The notes under the pieces: generated by a model | Seen by the model: only the letters and a program-made list of their open reading frames with translations | Told to the model about the DNA's origin: nothing | Databases searched by the model: none | Made by a program: the position numbers and the translations under genes | Assembly: GCA_977018835.1 (NCBI GenBank) | Contig: OZ361258.1 | Location: 3,162,001 to 3,226,000 of the forward strand | Length of the DNA: 64,000 nucleotides | DNA from: Minutocellus sp. GHC0000111 | Taxonomy: Eukaryota | Reading direction: 5' to 3' | Shown: positions 61,797 to 64,000 of the stretch, one piece after another | Layout: every line of letters begins with the position of its first letter | How positions within the stretch are numbered: the stretch's first letter is position 1

Positions 61797-62731
61797 CTTT
61801 GCAGGTTTATAGTGATATCAACCGACTGAGAAGCATATGCCAACAAATAAATAGGAGTAGCATGTATCCGCCCGACCAAAGCCAGAAGTACCGTACCACA
61901 CGCCGAACCGACCGCAACGCAAATGATACCAACGCCGAGCAGAGTCCAGTCCGACAATTGAAATGACACCGCCAATAGAGACCCAATGCCAAAGGAAACC
62001 GCCGATTCAATTGTTCAGCCAACCACCCGCGGTGGGGATAAAGGGGGTAATTTTTGTGTGAGTTGAAGAAATAAACACAAGACACAAAAGAAAACACGCG
62101 ACAGCCGCTTTGCCGATAGCCCCGAGGAATTATTTCCCCACAAAGCAATCTCTGTTGAAAAATACGAGCGGTCCCCAATTTGATGAACCTCCTTGGACCG
62201 ACAAACGCCATGCCAGTATGCATGCAGCCGACCGCCGACCCTCCAGTCCCGAGGTTTCGTGCGTGCGTGCGTGTGTGTGGTCCGGAGAAACATTATGTGC
62301 CGATCGTCGCGGGTTATACCACCAGCACATATTTCGTCCGGTCTTGCATGCGCCAATTGATCTGCAAAGGTATCCTCGCCATCCATTCACCGGTCGCCTG
62401 ATCAGCCGACGCCACGTTCATTCGTTCGGTACCTCCTCACCTTGCTTGTCCGTTTTATGTTTTGCTTGCTTGCCCGGTCTTTTCGGCTTGCGTTGCTTTG
62501 ACTTGCCTAACCTCCGCGTGGCGACAAATTCCTTACCCCGAAAACTAGACAAACGCAACAAAGAGATCTTACACCAGAAACGGTCGACAGACAGGCCACT
62601 TTTGCCCGCCATCGAAATCAGCACGCACATCTCACATCCCAGCCAAAGGAGAAGAGGTCGGCCCAAGGCATAAAGCAGATCTCCATCGCGTCTCCACCCT
62701 CTGATCAGCCCAAACATATAGCAAACACATC

Positions 62732-63631
62732 ATGGAGGAGGAAAAGGCCCAACGGCTGCACGACACCCTGGCCAAGCTCCGCAAGGGCAACGGTTTGGGC
62801 ACTTCCTCCCACTTCAATTTCGGTGGACCGTCGGCGGATGGTCCCATCGTCACCAAGAAGGATGCCAATGGCAATTTGGTGAGGGAAGATGGTCTGCCGA
62901 TGAACGGGCTGTATTCCAACTTTGTGCGCGAGGGTGCTGCCTACGATCCGAAAAAGAGTGCGCAGCTCAAGTATGGCGACGGACGGGCCATCAAGCGCAA
63001 CTTTGACGATTGCAAGGGTGGAAGCGATAGTGATAGCAGCGATAGTGATTCGGACTCCTCGTCGTCGAGTAGCAGCAGCAGCAGCAACGATAGCAACGCC
63101 AAGAAAAAGATGAAGTCGCAAAAGAAGAAGGACAAGAAGGCCATCAAGGCGGCGAAAAAGGCGGAGAAGAAGGCCGCCAAGTTGGAAGCCAAGCGTCAGG
63201 CCAAGTTGGCCAAGAAGAAGGCCGAGAAGCTCGAGAAGAAACGGCAGGCCAAGCGGCTGTCCATGGAGACTAATGATGATAGCAGTGATGATGGTGGCGA
63301 CGACAAGACCAAAGAGAAGGCGGCGGTGAAGAAGAATAAAAAGGACAAGAAGCAAAAGAAGAACAAGCGCAAGCGCGAATCGAGCGATGATGAGGAAAAG
63401 TCTCATGAGAATTCAAATGGCAAGGATACTGCCGGCGGTGATAAGACGAAGAAATCAAGCAAGAAGACCACAGTTGTTGAAGAGGAGGGCGGGAAGAGCA
63501 CGATATCGTCCGATCCGTCGTCTCCGCCTCCCAGCAAGCGCCGAAAGAGGAACAAGGATGTGGAGGAGGATGGCGATAAGAAAAAGAAAAGCAAGAAGGA
63601 GAAAAAGGCCAGCAAGAAATCGAAAAAGTAA
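62732..63631 (+). CDS. Intact Lys-rich hypothetical protein (299 aa), plausibly nuclear or nucleolar
   Basis: About 95 aa of ordinary-complexity N-terminus followed by Ser/Asp and Lys-rich tracts with NLS-like runs. This is the only copy that continues past the junction. Confidence 0.8.
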   Translation: MEEEKAQRLHDTLAKLRKGNGLGTSSHFNFGGPSADGPIVTKKDANGNLVREDGLPMNGLYSNFVREGAAYDPKKSAQLKYGDGRAIKRNFDDCKGGSDSDSSDSDSDSSSSSSSSSSNDSNAKKKMKSQKKKDKKAIKAAKKAEKKAAKLEAKRQAKLAKKKAEKLEKKRQAKRLSMETNDDSSDDGGDDKTKEKAAVKKNKKDKKQKKNKRKRESSDDEEKSHENSNGKDTAGGDKTKKSSKKTTVVEEEGGKSTISSDPSSPPPSKRRKRNKDVEEDGDKKKKSKKEKKASKKSKK

Positions 63632-64000
63632 TGAGATGCCGATCATTGGTATGGATGCGCAGCTTACATACATCGATGATTTCTTCGAAGAAGCGCTTAC
63701 TGCCTATTGGAGTTTTGTCTACACGCATGTACAAACATGCAAAGAGAAAGCTGGCAGGCGAACACACACATACCGTACATGCACGTAGGATTCCTCTTTT
63801 GCCGCTCTGCTAACTTCGGACACTCTTATGCGATACCCTCCTATTGCCGATAAGTTTGCTGATTTGTAACATATTTAATTTAGTTTTCCACATACCGGTA
63901 GAATTGATAGAAATTACAATCATCCCCGCGTGTTGAGTCGAAATTTATCAGTACATGTAGATCTCTACCGCATACCTGTGTAACACTACGAAAGTACTTA

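Larger units (their letters stand above)
16686..63049 (+). repeat. Head-to-tail tandem array of a 15,295-bp unit: 479-bp unit end (16686-17164) plus full copies 17165-32459, 32460-47754 and 47755-63049
   Basis: All ORFs recur at +15295 and +30590. The junction gatagtgat|gggaggctcag occurs at 17164, 32459 and 47754, whereas 63049 continues gatagtgat|tcggactcc. Confidence 0.98.

Overview
Eukaryotic nuclear DNA, most likely a diatom. The basis is short GT-AG introns, an ASAF-type plastid-targeting motif, an LCIB/theta-carbonic-anhydrase-like domain, a diatom-type fibrillin and silaffin-like RXL/KxxK motifs. 1-4.2 kb is a degenerate, TpA-depleted, retroelement-like region. 4.3-14 kb holds single-copy genes: a hypothetical protein, RPS9, a BFR1-like coiled coil, a three-exon silaffin-like membrane protein and eRF1. 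About 14.6-16.5 kb is a degenerate ~381-bp tandem repeat. 16.7-63.0 kb is an almost perfect head-to-tail triplication of a 15,295-bp unit, entered through a 166-bp inverted fragment and a 479-bp unit-end fragment; native sequence resumes only at 63050. Each unit carries a pseudogene, a 955-aa fusion ORF (catalytically degenerate theta-CA/LCIB domain, membrane span, repeated motifs, PAP-fibrillin domain), an SGNH hydrolase, a PDZ/PH-like protein, a CELF-type protein with four RRMs, a Tc1/mariner-type MITE, SEC61 gamma, and the 5' end of a Lys-rich gene. The best candidates for new biology are the pseudo-theta-CA-fibrillin fusion, the silaffin-like membrane protein with an exon-duplicated domain, and the amplification itself. 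All family assignments come from motif recognition by eye; no database searches were run.
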